Positions 29,143 to 41,499 are shown, numbered from the stretch's first letter. The stretch is 64,000 bases of DNA from Octopus bimaculoides (GCF_001194135.2 NC_068983.1:85616025-85680024), one strand, 5' to 3'. Program-made: numbers and translations. The notes: generated by a model not told the origin, from the letters alone.

Positions 29143-29370
29143 AGGTGGTAAGCTGGCAGAATCATTAGCATGCTGGGCAAAATACTTAGCGGCATTTAAT
29201 CCGTCTTTACACTCTGAGTTCAAATTCCACTGACATTGACTTTGCCTTTCATCCTTTCAAGGTCAATAAATTAAGTACCAGAGAAACACCGGGGTCGATT
29301 TAATCAACTAGTCCCTTCCCACCAAATTTCAGATTTTGTGCCTTTAGTAGAAAGGGTTATTATTATTATT
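29143..29370 (+). mobile_element. Third SINE family, flanked by (ATT)n
   Basis: aaggtggtaagctggcagaatcattagca...ctgagttcaaattcc...ttgcctttcatcctttc...aagtacc...ccaaatttcag. Other copies at ~5810-5998, 6250-6425, 10890-11100(-), 11935-12125(-), 17770-17960, 35000-35210(-) and 38040-38500. Confidence 0.8.
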
Positions 29371-29394
29371 ATCATTATTACTACTACTACTACT

Positions 29395-29870
29395 GAGTGA
29401 GAAAGCAGTACACATCAAAAAGATGCTAGGATAGAAATATACAAAGCCCAATATATTTATCATGACTAACCATCTAATAAGGGTACACCAGGCACATGCA
29501 TCACAACTATATGTGCAGAATATGGCGACCTCATATCAAGTAAACCAGCGCATGACCTTGCAAGTGAGGCCCAGTTAGAATTTTCTTTGGGTTGAGTAGC
29601 CCATCCCACACAAAAAGCCCCTGAATAAGGGTTGTTTAAGGATGATGAAATGAAACATGTTTCCAGAGGTGAATTATTCAAACTCCAAAGAATTACTCTC
29701 AGCACATGGCTACGATGCTCCCCGACTACCCTTGCTCATGATCAGAGATGCACATATCATAAGCCATTAAGGGACATGTTCAAGTGGTTATGGTCAAGCA
29801 ACTGACAAGCAAATCTGTAGTATTAAGCAAAATATTTGCTGTAGCCTATCTTTTACACTGTTATTATTAC
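29395..29870. mobile_element. Unclassified interspersed repeat bounded by (TAT/TAC)n tails
   Basis: Higher-GC, higher-complexity block between simple-repeat tails. It resembles a recalled Octopus LINE-derived repeat. No protein motif was confirmed. Confidence 0.45.
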
Positions 29871-30516
29871 TATTATTATTTACAATCCCAGGAAGCAGTC
29901 AGTGAACCTTCCACAAATAAATATGACCATGTCTATTTAACTTACTGTATTTGTGAATCCCAACAGATGCCAATCACCAACTAAGTCACCTACTGGAACA
30001 GGGACAACTGTCAATATAAGACCAACTACTACAACTACTATGATGATGACGATGACTACAAGAAAATTCCTTACAAAATTTGTTCATAAATTAGCCAGAC
30101 ATTTATAATAAATAGCTAAACCAAGAGAAAAGGCAAGTATAGTGTGGCTCTTGTAATGTATACCACTTCCATACAGTCTATGTGTGTGTGCATGCGTGTG
30201 TGTGTGAACGCACAAAGAAAGAAGTGAACCACTCATCTCTTTGTTTCTTACTGGGCTCAAAAGCTGCTGTCATCACTACCACTTACTACTTCCATCTAAA
30301 TGAAACAAATGTATACCTCCATAAAAGAGTTCTTTTGGCTAATACTCAAATACATGTTTCTGTTCAATGTGAATAAGCCTTAACCTTCTTACTAACACTT
30401 CAGGAACCATCAACACTCACTCACTCACATACATACATAGACAAAGACTATAAAGAAACCTCAGAAGATAATCACTATACAATACATCCTTGGTTAGTAG
30501 AAACAACAGTATCATA

Positions 30517-31330
30517 TAGGCGCAGGCATGGCTGTGTGGTTAGAAGCTTGCTTCCCAACCACATGGTTCCGGGTTCAGTCCCACTGTATGGTACCTTGGG
30601 CAAGTGTCTTCTACTATAGCCTCAGGCTGGGCAAAGCCTAGTGAGTGGATTTGGTAGACAGAAACTGAATGAAGCCTGTCATACATATATGTTGTTGGCA
30701 CTCCGTTGCTTATGACGTCGAGGGTTCCAGTTGATCTGATCAACGGAACAGCCTGCTCGTGAAATTAACGTGCAAGTGGCTGAGCACTCCACAGACACGT
30801 GTACCCTTAACATAGTTCCCATGACACAGTGTGACAAGGATGGCCCTTTGAAATACAGGTACAACAGAAACAGGAAGAAAGAGTGAGAAAGTTGTGGTGA
30901 AAGAGTACAGCAGGGTTCACCACTATCCCCTGCCTGAGTCTCGTGGAGCTATTAGGCGTTTTCGCTCAATAAACACTCACAATGCCCGGTCTGGGAATCG
31001 AAACCGCGATCCTATGACCTCGAGGCCGCTGCCCTAACCACTGGGCCATTGCGCCTCCACATACATATATATATATACATATATATTTATGTGTGCATGT
31101 GTGTGTGTCTTTCTGCATGTGTTTGTCCTTCACCACCACTTGACAACCAGTGTTGGTTTGTTTACGTCCATGTAACTTAGCAGTTCAACAAAAGAAATTC
31201 ATAGAACAAGTACCAGATTTTACAAAAAAAATAAATCCTCGGGTCGATTCATTCGATTAAAATTCTTCAAAGTGTTGCCCCAGCATGACCACAGTCTAAT
31301 GACTGAAACAAGAAAAAGATAAGAGAAGAA
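30517..31330 (+). mobile_element. Dominant-family SINE interrupted by a nested SINE
   Basis: 5' half at 30517-30690 and 3' half at 31061-31330, flanking the 30691-31060 insert. Confidence 0.88.
30691..31060 (-). mobile_element. Second tRNA-derived SINE family, nested insertion with 10-bp TSD
   Basis: Minus-strand head gtggaggcgcaatggcccagtggttagggcagcgg...ggtttcgattcc (A box TGGCCCAGTGG, B box GGTTTCGATTCC). TSD atacatatat at 30681-30690 and 31061-31070. A decayed relative lies at ~49650-49900. Confidence 0.9.
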
Positions 31331-31744
31331 AGGTATTAAATGACAGATTTGTGCATTAAGCTTTGCCAGGTCGAATCCCGCTCGACCCATGTTTCATACA
31401 CACATGATGTGTAATGAAGTACTCGTAGTTTAATGTGATCATTTTAATTAACAGCACTCACCTAAAAAAAGAAAAAAAACTTTGGACAAAGTTGAAATGT
31501 ATGAAGAGAGGCACAAGTGTGACTCTGTGGTAAGAAGGTTACTTCCCAACCACATGGTTCCAGGTTCACTGCTTGGTACCTGGGACATCTACTATAGCGT
31601 CAGGCCAACCCAAACCTTGTGAGAAGATTTGTGTATGTCATTGTTCAGTTTTATTTCAAGATTTCTTGACAACAGAGAAAGAGCTGGTTTCTAACCTAGA
31701 TCCAAGGCTCCATTGGAATTTCAACATCAACAACATTTTAGTCA

Positions 31745-32046
31745 AATGAATCGACCCTAGGACTTTTTTTTTTTTTGTAAAATCTGGTACTTATTCTATG
31801 AATTCCTTTTGCTGAACTGCTAAGTTACATGGACATAAACAAACCAACATCGGTTGTCAAGTGGTGGTGAAGGACAAACACATGCAGAAAGACACACACA
31901 CATGCACACATAAATATATATGTACATATATATGTATGACAGGCTTCTTTCAGTTTCCATCTACCAAATCCACTCACTAGGCTTTGCCCAGCCTGAGGCT
32001 ATAGTAGAAGGCACTTGCCCGAGGTACCATACAGTGGGACTGAACC
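31745..32046 (-). mobile_element. Inverted near-identical copy of the 30517-31330 SINE, without the nested insert
   Basis: Shares private variants with the left copy (aaatctggtac, tatgaatt, gtgaaggacaaacacatgcagaaagac, ctaggctttgcccagcctgagg, ggtaccatacag). Confidence 0.85.
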
Positions 32047-32269
32047 ATAAAACTAGCGGAATGTTTATATATGAACGTTTTAAATGTATGATAGGTAGAA
32101 CAGGAGATGATCTTTGGTAGGCTGGTAATCATAAAAACTAACACTCTCAGCCATTGATGTATTTTTCTTCAAGGAAAAAGGAGCAGATCATAAAGATTGT
32201 TTTTATTCTGGGTCGTCATTTGGGGCTCTGAAACTGTGAACATCTTTGAACCAATGTTCGTTCTGCTGA

Positions 32270-32918
32270 CCTCACAATAAGCAAACTAGTAAAACAGAGT
32301 GCATCATCGTAAAGAAGAATATCATCAGAAAAGAAAGTGAAGGGAGGGGGAAATAAACGAAAAGAAATGGAAAGGAAGAAATGAAAGGGGAAGATATGGG
32401 AAGTAAAAAGAGTAAAGGAAGCGATGGAAGAAAAAGTAAGAGAATGAGAGAAAGTAGACAAAAGTAGAGAGATGAGAAATAGAGAGGAGAAAGACACAAA
32501 GATGACTAAGAAAGACAAAGGGGATAGATAAGAGTGAGAAAGAGAAACAAAGGAAAAGACAAGTAAAAAAAAAATAGATTGTGAGACAAAGGGAGCTATG
32601 GTGAGAGTAAGAAAGAGAGAGACAGAAGAAGAAAATATGGAGAGACAGAAAGAAAAAAGAAAGTAGAAAAGGTAACAAAGATAAGTAGAAAGACAAAGAA
32701 AGAAAGGGGTAGAAAGACAAAGAAAGAAAGGGGGAGACAGAAAAAAATGAACGAAAGTGATAGAGAAAGGAAAAGAGAAATAAGATGCAGAAACAAAGAA
32801 AGAGACGAAGAGAGAATGAGAGACAAAAAAGAAAGAAAGACAATGAGATAGAGCACAAAAGAAAGGGAGAGAGCAAAACAATGAGAGAAATAGAGACAAA
32901 GAAAAAGAACAAGACAGA

Positions 32919-32960
<42 letters not shown>

Positions 32961-32970
32961 NNNNNNNNNN

Positions 32971-33008
<38 letters not shown>

Positions 33009-33590
33009 GAGAGAGAAAAACAAAGAAAGAGAGAGAGCAAAACAAAGAAAGAGAGAGAGCAAAACAAAGAAATAGAGGGAGACAAAGAGAGAGAGAGACA
33101 GACGTGCTCGACGAATAGAGAGAGGGAGAAGAAGACAAAGAGAAGGACTCGAAGAAAGAGAAAGAGAGGGAGACGAAGAAAGAGAAAGAGAGGGAGACGA
33201 AGAAAGAGAGAGGAAGGGAGGCGAAGAAAGAAAGAGGCAGGGAGACGAAGAAAGAGAGAGGGAGGGAGACGAAGAAGGAGAGAGGGAGCATACAAAGAGA
33301 GAGCGATACAAAGGGAGATGGAGAAAGAAAAACTAAAAAGGGAAGAAGCGAACAAAGGTAAAGGAAGACAAAGAGAGAGAGAGAAAAAAGAGATCTAACG
33401 AGGAATAGAGAAAGGAAATAAAGAAGTGGTGGAGTGAAAGACACGAAAGACTGGGAAGAGAGAAGAAAAGGAAGAGGAGAGAAAAGGAGAAAAGAAAAAT
33501 ACATAAAGAATTAGAGGAAGAGGGAGATAGAGAGGAGAAAGAAGAAAATTAGTACGAAAAAGCAAGAAAATGAGAGCAACAGAGAAAAAA
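32270..33590 (+). repeat. ~1.3-kb polypurine (GA-rich) tract with degenerate 22-24-bp minisatellite units
   Basis: Repeated agagagggagacgaagaa units at ~33160-33290, 22-bp units at ~33020-33070, 24-bp units at ~32685-32735, and a (GA)n core with a gap. Source of the spurious 300-379 aa minus-strand ORFs. Confidence 0.9.
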
Positions 33591-33977
33591 CGGCGCGATT
33601 GAGTAGTCCTTTTGGTAAAAAAAACGTTTTAGTTAAAACCAGCCCGTCTTTTTTGGTATATCTACGACTACATTTATCCATCTTGTGCTTCTCTCTTGGT
33701 TTTATATATATATATATATATAACGACAGGCTGTGAATTGAGCGAACATAGCTACTACTTCTACCAGGCCAAGCGAATGCGTAGAGATTCCCTCATCATG
33801 ATGTGTACGAGGAAAAGGTTGAAGAGGAGGAAAAAGAAAGAGAGAGGGAGAGGGAGAGCTGGAGGGAGAGGGAGAGAGGGAGAGAGAGAGAGAGAGTTGG
33901 AGAGAGAAAAAATGTGCAAGAAAATAAACAGAGAAAGCGAAAGAAAAAACAAATGAAGGAGAGAAGAGAGAGAGAGA

Positions 33978-34030
<53 letters not shown>

Positions 34031-34062
34031 AGTGGGCAAAAAGGACTATTCTCTATCTGTAT

Positions 34063-34154
34063 CTATAAATAGGCGAGAGAGAGAAGGAGAATATGCGTGC
34101 GCGCGCAGGCGAGTGAGACAAAGAGATACTCTCTTTAGATGTGTCTATAAATAG
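34063..34154. promoter_or_regulatory. Two perfect MEF2-consensus/TATA-like sites (CTATAAATAG)
   Basis: CTATAAATAG at 34063-34072 and 34145-34154, both within tctataaatagg, flanking gcgtgcgcgcgc. Confidence 0.45.
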
Positions 34155-35862
34155 GGGTTGAATGAGAGGAGCAAATAGAGAAAGAGAGAGGTAGGTAGAG
34201 AGAGAGACACAGAGAGAAAGCAATCGGTTGCTATCGTATTTAAGATTCTGGCAATAGAAACAGCAGCAAACGCGAGTTGAACGTAATTCCCATTCCATAA
34301 AACATTCGTTTGTTGATCACATAGATTTTGCAGACAGCCCGAGATTGTCTTCGTTAAAAAGAAAAAAAATGCTGCAAACTCATTGACATGATATTTTGCC
34401 TTGATGAATGAATGACACAGTATGAAATCTGATGACATATAACAGTTAAATATCAACGCAATCCCAAGTCCATGAACCTGCGTTCTATTCATCTTTGATG
34501 CGCCAAAACCGCAAGAGAAAAATGTCTTTCATTGGGTGTATATATTTCTCCAAATATAAACCCCTCATGCACACACACCTCCTGCAGAAATTCCAGCGGT
34601 CTTATATTCATAATAGCAGGATGGATTGAGACATCTATAATATAACGTTATGTTATCTGCAGACAGATTTGAACTCACGACTCATGAGGTAGTAAAGAAC
34701 CCTAGAGATTCGTAGCTATGCGAGCAGCTGTGGGAAGGGCCGCACTAGTGGTGAAAAAAAAACCGCAACTAGTGGGGCAGTTGTGCTAAATGTTAAATTC
34801 AATGTTAAATTTGACGAGCAAACTAAAGTTTATGAATATACTACCACGAATACATACATTCCACAGAAGGGGTGAAATTTATTGTACTAACATACATATT
34901 CCACGATTTTTTAGACATCTGACCCACAAACTCGTTTGACCAGATCTCTGCAGACACTACAGCGCAGTATAATCGATTACTTCTAACTAGAATATTGAAT
35001 TCTAACATAGGCACAAGACCACACATAATTTTTTAGGATGAGCGTAGTCGATTAAATCGACCGAGTGCTTGACTGATATGATCTTTTCTTTTTTTTATTG
35101 ATCCAGGGTGGATGAAAGAGTGGCCTCAGTGAATTTTGAACTGAAAATATTAAAGATCATAACGGAATATAGCAAGACATTTCGTCCGAAGCTTTGGCGA
35201 TTCCACCCACCCAAGAAAGCCCTAGAAAAATAAAATCAGAGACCCCGCAGGAATCGGGGAATGTGTCAGCTGCATCCCGGACACTGCATTACCGATTACA
35301 AAGTATAGTTGTTGCTTTATATCATTATAAAAACAAAACGGCTGTTGAGTCATGAGCTCCAAATCAGCTGCAAATATTTGGTTGCGTTTCCGAAAAGTTT
35401 TAACCCTGCATCGCTACAATACACCTAGCAGGTCAAATTAGATTTTTATTTTTTCTACCAGGGAAAGTCACTCGCAAAAATACTAGCGTCCTGACCAATA
35501 AACGATTAAACTTTTATCGGGTTAATGCCATCGACTGTGTGTGCTATTTTTAAGGAAGGATCGATTTATTCCTACCATTCTGAAAGAATGAAAGAAAGCT
35601 ATATAACTGTGAGATACCAAACTTGCTACTATAACATGTCTAGTTTGATTATCAGTCGAAAAGCTGGAATAAGGAAGTTTCATAGCCTACAACCATTGCA
35701 TATCATTGGTGAGAGAGGGAGCATTATGAAATCGACGAGTGACTCCCAAGCTCTCGGAGCTCGAAACTATTCTCTTTCGCACGTGAAAATAGCTTAGATA
35801 AGGAATAAATTACTCGAGAAACACTATGCGAGGACAAAGTCTTCAGTGGTTATAAAAAAAAT

Positions 35863-35909
35863 CATTCAAAAAGTCACCCCTAATAATCTTAGGGGTGACT
35901 CGTTGAATG
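35863..35909. repeat. Short hairpin in unique sequence
   Basis: Perfect 12-bp stem agtcacccctaa/ttaggggtgact, 5-nt loop, plus 7-bp outer stem cattcaa/ttgaatg. Confidence 0.85.
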
Positions 35910-37695
35910 GCGTCGATGTACAAAAACAATGATCAACTATTCAAAAAATATCAGCCATGACCCTTAATTTTTTTTTTTGTTATTTTCTCGAACCCCTGGT
36001 TGTTGTTTAGTCCCAGACTAGCCCCGATAGTGCAAATCTGTGATCAACGGAGATTCCCACCACGACTAACTAGACCGGATTTTCTTTTGGACTAGTATGT
36101 TAAAAAAAAAAAACACTAAATAAATAAAATGAAAGGAGGCGGGGTGATGCGACCCTCACATTTGCTACAACAAATTGTGGATCCATTTTTTCCAGAGATA
36201 TTTCTTCTCGATGCGAAAGCGAATCTTTTATTTTTATTTTTTTTTACCTCCATTTACGTTTATCGGTCGTGTGAGTGTACATGTACGTGTATCTTAGTGT
36301 ATATGTCACTACCGAGGTGCAAACAAACGCAGCAGCAGCAGCGGTAGCAGTAGTAGTAGTAGTAGATAAAAATATTTTCTATCAGTCGAAAGCCATTAGT
36401 TTCATTAAAAAGAAAGGGATTAATTACTAAGAGAGATCAAATACATGAAGAGTGTCTGACGTAGAATGTGTATATGAGAGTGAGATTGAGGGAGAAGTTA
36501 AAAGAGGGGCGGGGGTATACGTGGGGGAAAAGAGAAGGCAGTGTATCTATGAAAAGAGAGCGGGTGTATTGAGAGAAGGAAGAAGATCGTGAATGAAAGG
36601 GGTATAGGGAATAGATACATCTTCGATTATTTAACCTATTATGCAATTGTTATAGAATTTCCAAGGATAACAAAACAATGGTAGTAAAACACTCTCTCTC
36701 TCTCTCTCTCTCATACACACAAACACACAGACACAGAAATTTAAAGCAATAAATAAATTTTGCATTTAAAATATGGGGGGAAAAAATACACGGAGTGATA
36801 AAACTGATCTCTTGTCCGAAATGCTACACGCAAATTCTGAGACAATGGCAAATTACACACACACACACACACACACTATGGAGTAAGCTAAGGTTTTTGT
36901 TTCCAAGATACAAGCTTCCGTAAAATAAAGAAACTAGCAGCAGCAATAATTTCGTTTCGTGTTGTGACAGACGCCGTCGTAGAACAAGAGGTTTGATCCC
37001 AGCAAGGCGAATTAGCGATACAGTTTCAATTCTTGGTTGAAGCTAATTTACTTTAATTCTTTTTGTTTTACTCCCATACAACGGCAGCAATGCTCTGCGG
37101 AGAAACACATGGAGGGTTTTTAATTAAAATAAAACTATAATTTCTTTCGACTTAGTATGGATGCAGTTTTGTAGATGAAGACTATATAGAAGAATGAATC
37201 GATTCCGATTATCCAAGCAAGATGGTTTGGGTTATTTTATTTTTATTCGGTGTTTTTGATATATTTTTTTTCCTGTGATTTACACCAATATTTTATTTTT
37301 GTTAGAACTTATACGCATGAATGTAAAAGAATGTGTGTGTGAGTGAGAGAGAGAGAGAGAGCAGAATGAGATAATGTGATGTTCATGCCATTTTATTAGG
37401 TATTGAATTTATATGCAGCATGAAGAAAGTGGTTCCAACTGAGCGAAACCAGGTCGTAGACTGCTGTTGCTATTATTAGAAATTGTAATACGGAAACTGT
37501 TATTATGCATAAAGAAGCCATTGTTACTACGTTGGGGGAAGCGATGGAGTAGTGTACAAAGAGAAACAAGTGTGAATGCATTGCAAGTAGATATATTTAG
37601 CTCGGTACCTCGCAATTTCGGGTTTCAATCCTGTCTGAGCAATTTGCAATAATAGCACTTGCTCTCTATCTCTCACTCTCACACACAAACACACA

Positions 37696-37861
37696 CAGTA
37701 GCATAGCTAACGGGGGCGGGGCGCCCCGGGCGACGGTTTTTCCTTTGGTGGGTGAGGGGCAATCTGGGCTTTGCTATATAAGCCTATAGAGGTTCAAGTC
37801 CTAGGTGGGGACGCAAACTCAAGGGCTTCACCAAGCGACACCTTCTCTAGCTATACCACGG
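37696..37861. mobile_element. Short GC-rich MITE-like element
   Basis: Inverted ends cagtagcatagcta / tagctataccacgg. The internal ggggcggggcgccccgggcg is typical of sub-terminal motifs in such elements. Confidence 0.5.
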
Positions 37862-40492
37862 ACACGCACACACTGACAAAGTAAAATCACTAGAGGAGGG
37901 GGGGGCAGTAAGGCGAATAGCTACTTGCATTATTTCAGTATATCACAATATATCATTAAGTAAATCGGACCGATGGTAAAATTAAATCATGCCAAATGGG
38001 AAATTAAATACCTCAAAGCATATATGCCACCTTCTTCATATCAATATTGACCAAAGGCACAAGGACAAAATTCTTAGGACTCGATTAAATTGAGCCAGTG
38101 CTTAACTGGTATTTTTATTCTGAAATTGCCTCAAGGTACATAGTTACGTTATGCATTCAAATCCTGCCGGGGTCGACTAACTTCGCATCCTTCAGAGTTT
38201 GATAAAAATAAAGTACCAGTCAAATATTGGAATCGAATACACCAACTGTACCATTCCTCCAAATTTGAAGCCTTGAACCTATGTTAAAAATCAATTTTGC
38301 TAATAACGATGTTCGCTTGTGCTTCATTGACACAAGCATCTAAATTCGAATCGATGCCAAAACATGCCAGATAATTATTTATTTTACCAACTCCGAGTGA
38401 GATCTGAGTTCGAAACCTAACATTGCAAGAAATTTGGTTCGGCGCCCTGCCACTCCCGTGCTTTTCAATTATAATGATTCTTTCCAAGAGCAAAATTATG
38501 CCTGATTTTCAAAGACAGTAAACCAGGAAATTGAGACCTTCGTGCTTATTATTATCATTTTTTTTTCGAAGACATGAAAGATATAAGTAAAAAAAAAAAA
38601 AGAAAAAAATGTCACAAGATGAAATCGAAATCATGCTGCAAAATGGGCTACTACCACCACCGTCACTAACGCGTTGTTTAATTTTGTCCAAAGTTAACGT
38701 TTATAAACTGAGCCTGGTGTAAGTCTAGTAAACAGAATCGCCAAAAAAATCAAAGACACCTCCAATAGAATTTTAGCCAGAAATTGTGAGGCACAATTCT
38801 CGATAGAAGCGTCAATGAAGGAATGATTTGGTCAAAGCCAAAATTTTGGTGTGGGGGAGTTGAGAGAATAGTCAATTATATCTCCTCCAGTACTTTTGCT
38901 TGTCGGCCGGAGTGAAATCCAAAAGAATTTGAATGAGTCATCGAAGAATCACAACACAAATCTAATGCTTTGTGTTGTTTATTCCAGAGTCGGCCCTGAG
39001 CAAGTAGGCTCATAAGCGAAGACATTCCGACCGTAAGCAGTCTTCTTTTACTTCTATTGAGACTATCTAGGGGACGACATAAACCAATATATCCTTGTAG
39101 TGTGCGATGAGTGGTATTTGGCGGTTATCTCGCACGCGTAACTTGAACCCCGGGGAGGTTTCATCGTTGGCCGCAGTAAATAATGTATCCTTCTGTCTCA
39201 CTCGCCTCTTGGCATCCTAAGAGCGTCCAGCCACCTTTTTCTGGTATTAACCACCATGCTCACTCCTTCATTCTCAGAACATTGGCCCTCATGAATCTCC
39301 CTGCACATCCCCCCCCCCCGCTGCAAGTGTTGACCTACAACGGTTGAAACGGAACATTAATAGCACCGAGCTTAACTAGTCTCAGAGGAACTGCAAGAGT
39401 TATGGGCTGTCCCTTCCTCCAGACTCAGTCAAAAGTTAAAGTCTGAAATAACAAACCTAATTTCAAGTCACCAGAGCTCAGCTGTGAGACGAAAAGGGAC
39501 CTCGTTAAATTTCTTAGAACCACTTTAAGTATTTCAAATTTTCTATACTTGACACATTGAGAAATAATGAAAAGTAAAACAAAACTAATAATTTTCTTTT
39601 TAAAGCGTGGGCTGTGTGGTAAGAAGTTTGCTTCCCAGCCACATGGTTTCAGGTTCAGTCCAACTGCGTGGCACCTTAGGCAAGTGTTTCCCCGAGTTGA
39701 CCAAAGCCTTGTGAATGGATTTGGTAGATGAAACTGAAGAAACCTGCCGTGTGTGTGTGTGTGCTTGTATTTATTCCCCACCACCGCTTGACAACCGTTG
39801 GTGGCTTGCTTTCGTCCCCGTAACTTAATGGTTCGGTACAAAGAGACCGATAAAATAAGTACCAGACTTTTAAAAATAAGTAAATACTGAGGTCGATTTG
39901 TGCGACTAAACCCTTTGAGGTGGTGCCCCAGCATGGCTGCAGTCAAATGAGTGAAACAAATAGATAAAAGGTTTCTTTTTTATCATTGGCACAGAGGGCA
40001 CAAATGTTTAGAAAAAATTAGACAGCCGGTCAAAATGAAGAGGACTCGTAAAGTACTATTCTTACATATAGGGACACCTAAAAGGGAAAAAAGTCAGAAA
40101 AGACCAACGAGATTTGAACTCGGAAATAAACTTCCTTATTGTTGCCGAGGCTATGTAACATCGGCGCCATTGCTTTGTTACAAAAAAGGAGAGTGAATAT
40201 TAACAACAATAATAACCATAATAAATAAAACAACAAATTAGCAGCAGTAATCGTTGATCAATCTATGGCAAGGTCACCCATCCAGCAATAGCAACTTCTT
40301 TGTTTAAAGCTCCGTAGTAATACGAAAGAGAAAGAAAAAATATCTGTCCTGTTTATCAGCCTGCTGTGGGCATGCGAAAGACGGGAATTGGGGTAGGGAG
40401 TAAGTGGAAAGATATTTCTTTTTTATGTACACGCTCACACAAGTGCGTGTGTATGTATGTTGATATAAATACATGGACACAAACACGCACAT

Positions 40493-40541
<49 letters not shown>

Positions 40542-40712
40542 GTGCACGCGCGCGCAACTGTATATACGTGTATGTGTGTAGATTATATTTGTGAGTGTAT
40601 ATAAGCATATGAATACATATTTGTGTGCATGTATGTATGTATGTGTGTGTGTGTATGTATATATATATGTGTGTGTGTGTATGTATATGTGTGTGTGTGT
40701 GTATGTGTGTGT

Positions 40713-40760
<48 letters not shown>

Positions 40761-41087
40761 NNNNNNNNNNNNNNNNNNNNNNNNNNNNNNNNNNNNNNNN
40801 NNNNNNNNNNNNNNNNNNNNNNNNNNNNNNNNNNNNNNNNNNNNNNNNNNNNNNNNNNNNNNNNNNNNNNNNNNNNNNNNNNNNNNNNNNNNNNNNNNNN
40901 NNNNNNNNNNNNNNNNNNNNNNNNNNNNNNNNNNNNNNNNNNNNNNNNNNNNNNNNNNNNNNNNNNNNNNNNNNNNNNNNNNNNNNNNNNNNNNNNNNNN
41001 NNNNNNNNNNNNNNNNNNNNNNNNNNNNNNNNNNNNNNNNNNNNNNNNNNNNNNNNNNNNNNNNNNNNNNNNNNNNNNNNNNNNNNN

Positions 41088-41135
<48 letters not shown>
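40493..41135 (+). repeat. (TG)n/(TA)n compound microsatellite around a 327-N gap
   Basis: Direct reading. N-run at 40761-41087. Confidence 0.97.
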
Positions 41136-41499
41136 ACGCATGCATGCATGTGACCATCCTCTTTTAATATCTATGTTTTCGTGCTTGCATGGATCATACA
41201 GAACTTGATGAGGCCCATTTCTATGGACAGATACCCTACTTGTCACTAATCTTCGCCTGTTTCCAACCAAAGCAATATTTCCTATGGCCAGACAGTTTTC
41301 ACAGAAGACTGGAAATGAAGGATATATCACTTGTATGATGGTGCTGCTTGTTTACAGTCATGATGGGATATATTCTTTTATTCTTTTACTTGTTTCAGTC
41401 ATTTGACTGTGGCCATGCTGGAGCACCGCCTTTAATATGACAAGTTTTTTTCAGTTTTGTCATCCAAATCCAAATCTTTAGTCAGCTCAGGGCTATAGT

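Larger units (their letters stand above)
33600..40400. promoter_or_regulatory. CpG-retaining island, putative hypomethylated promoter or regulatory region
   Basis: By eye, CG dinucleotides are far more frequent here (cggcgcga, gcgtgcgcgcgcaggcga, acgccgtcgt, CpG-intact SINE copies) than in the flanks. Not quantified. Confidence 0.55.

Noticed and set aside
30985-31060. tRNA gene
   Set aside because: It has A and B boxes but continues into a SINE body with a TSD. It is a SINE head, and no complete cloverleaf was resolved.
32216-33504. Minus-strand ORFs of 302-379 aa
   Set aside because: They are translations of the polypurine tract's complement (no stops possible in CT-rich frames) and cross an N gap.
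37710-37735. Sp1/GC-box promoter element
   Set aside because: It lies within a MITE-like element's sub-terminal sequence, so it is not independent evidence of a promoter.
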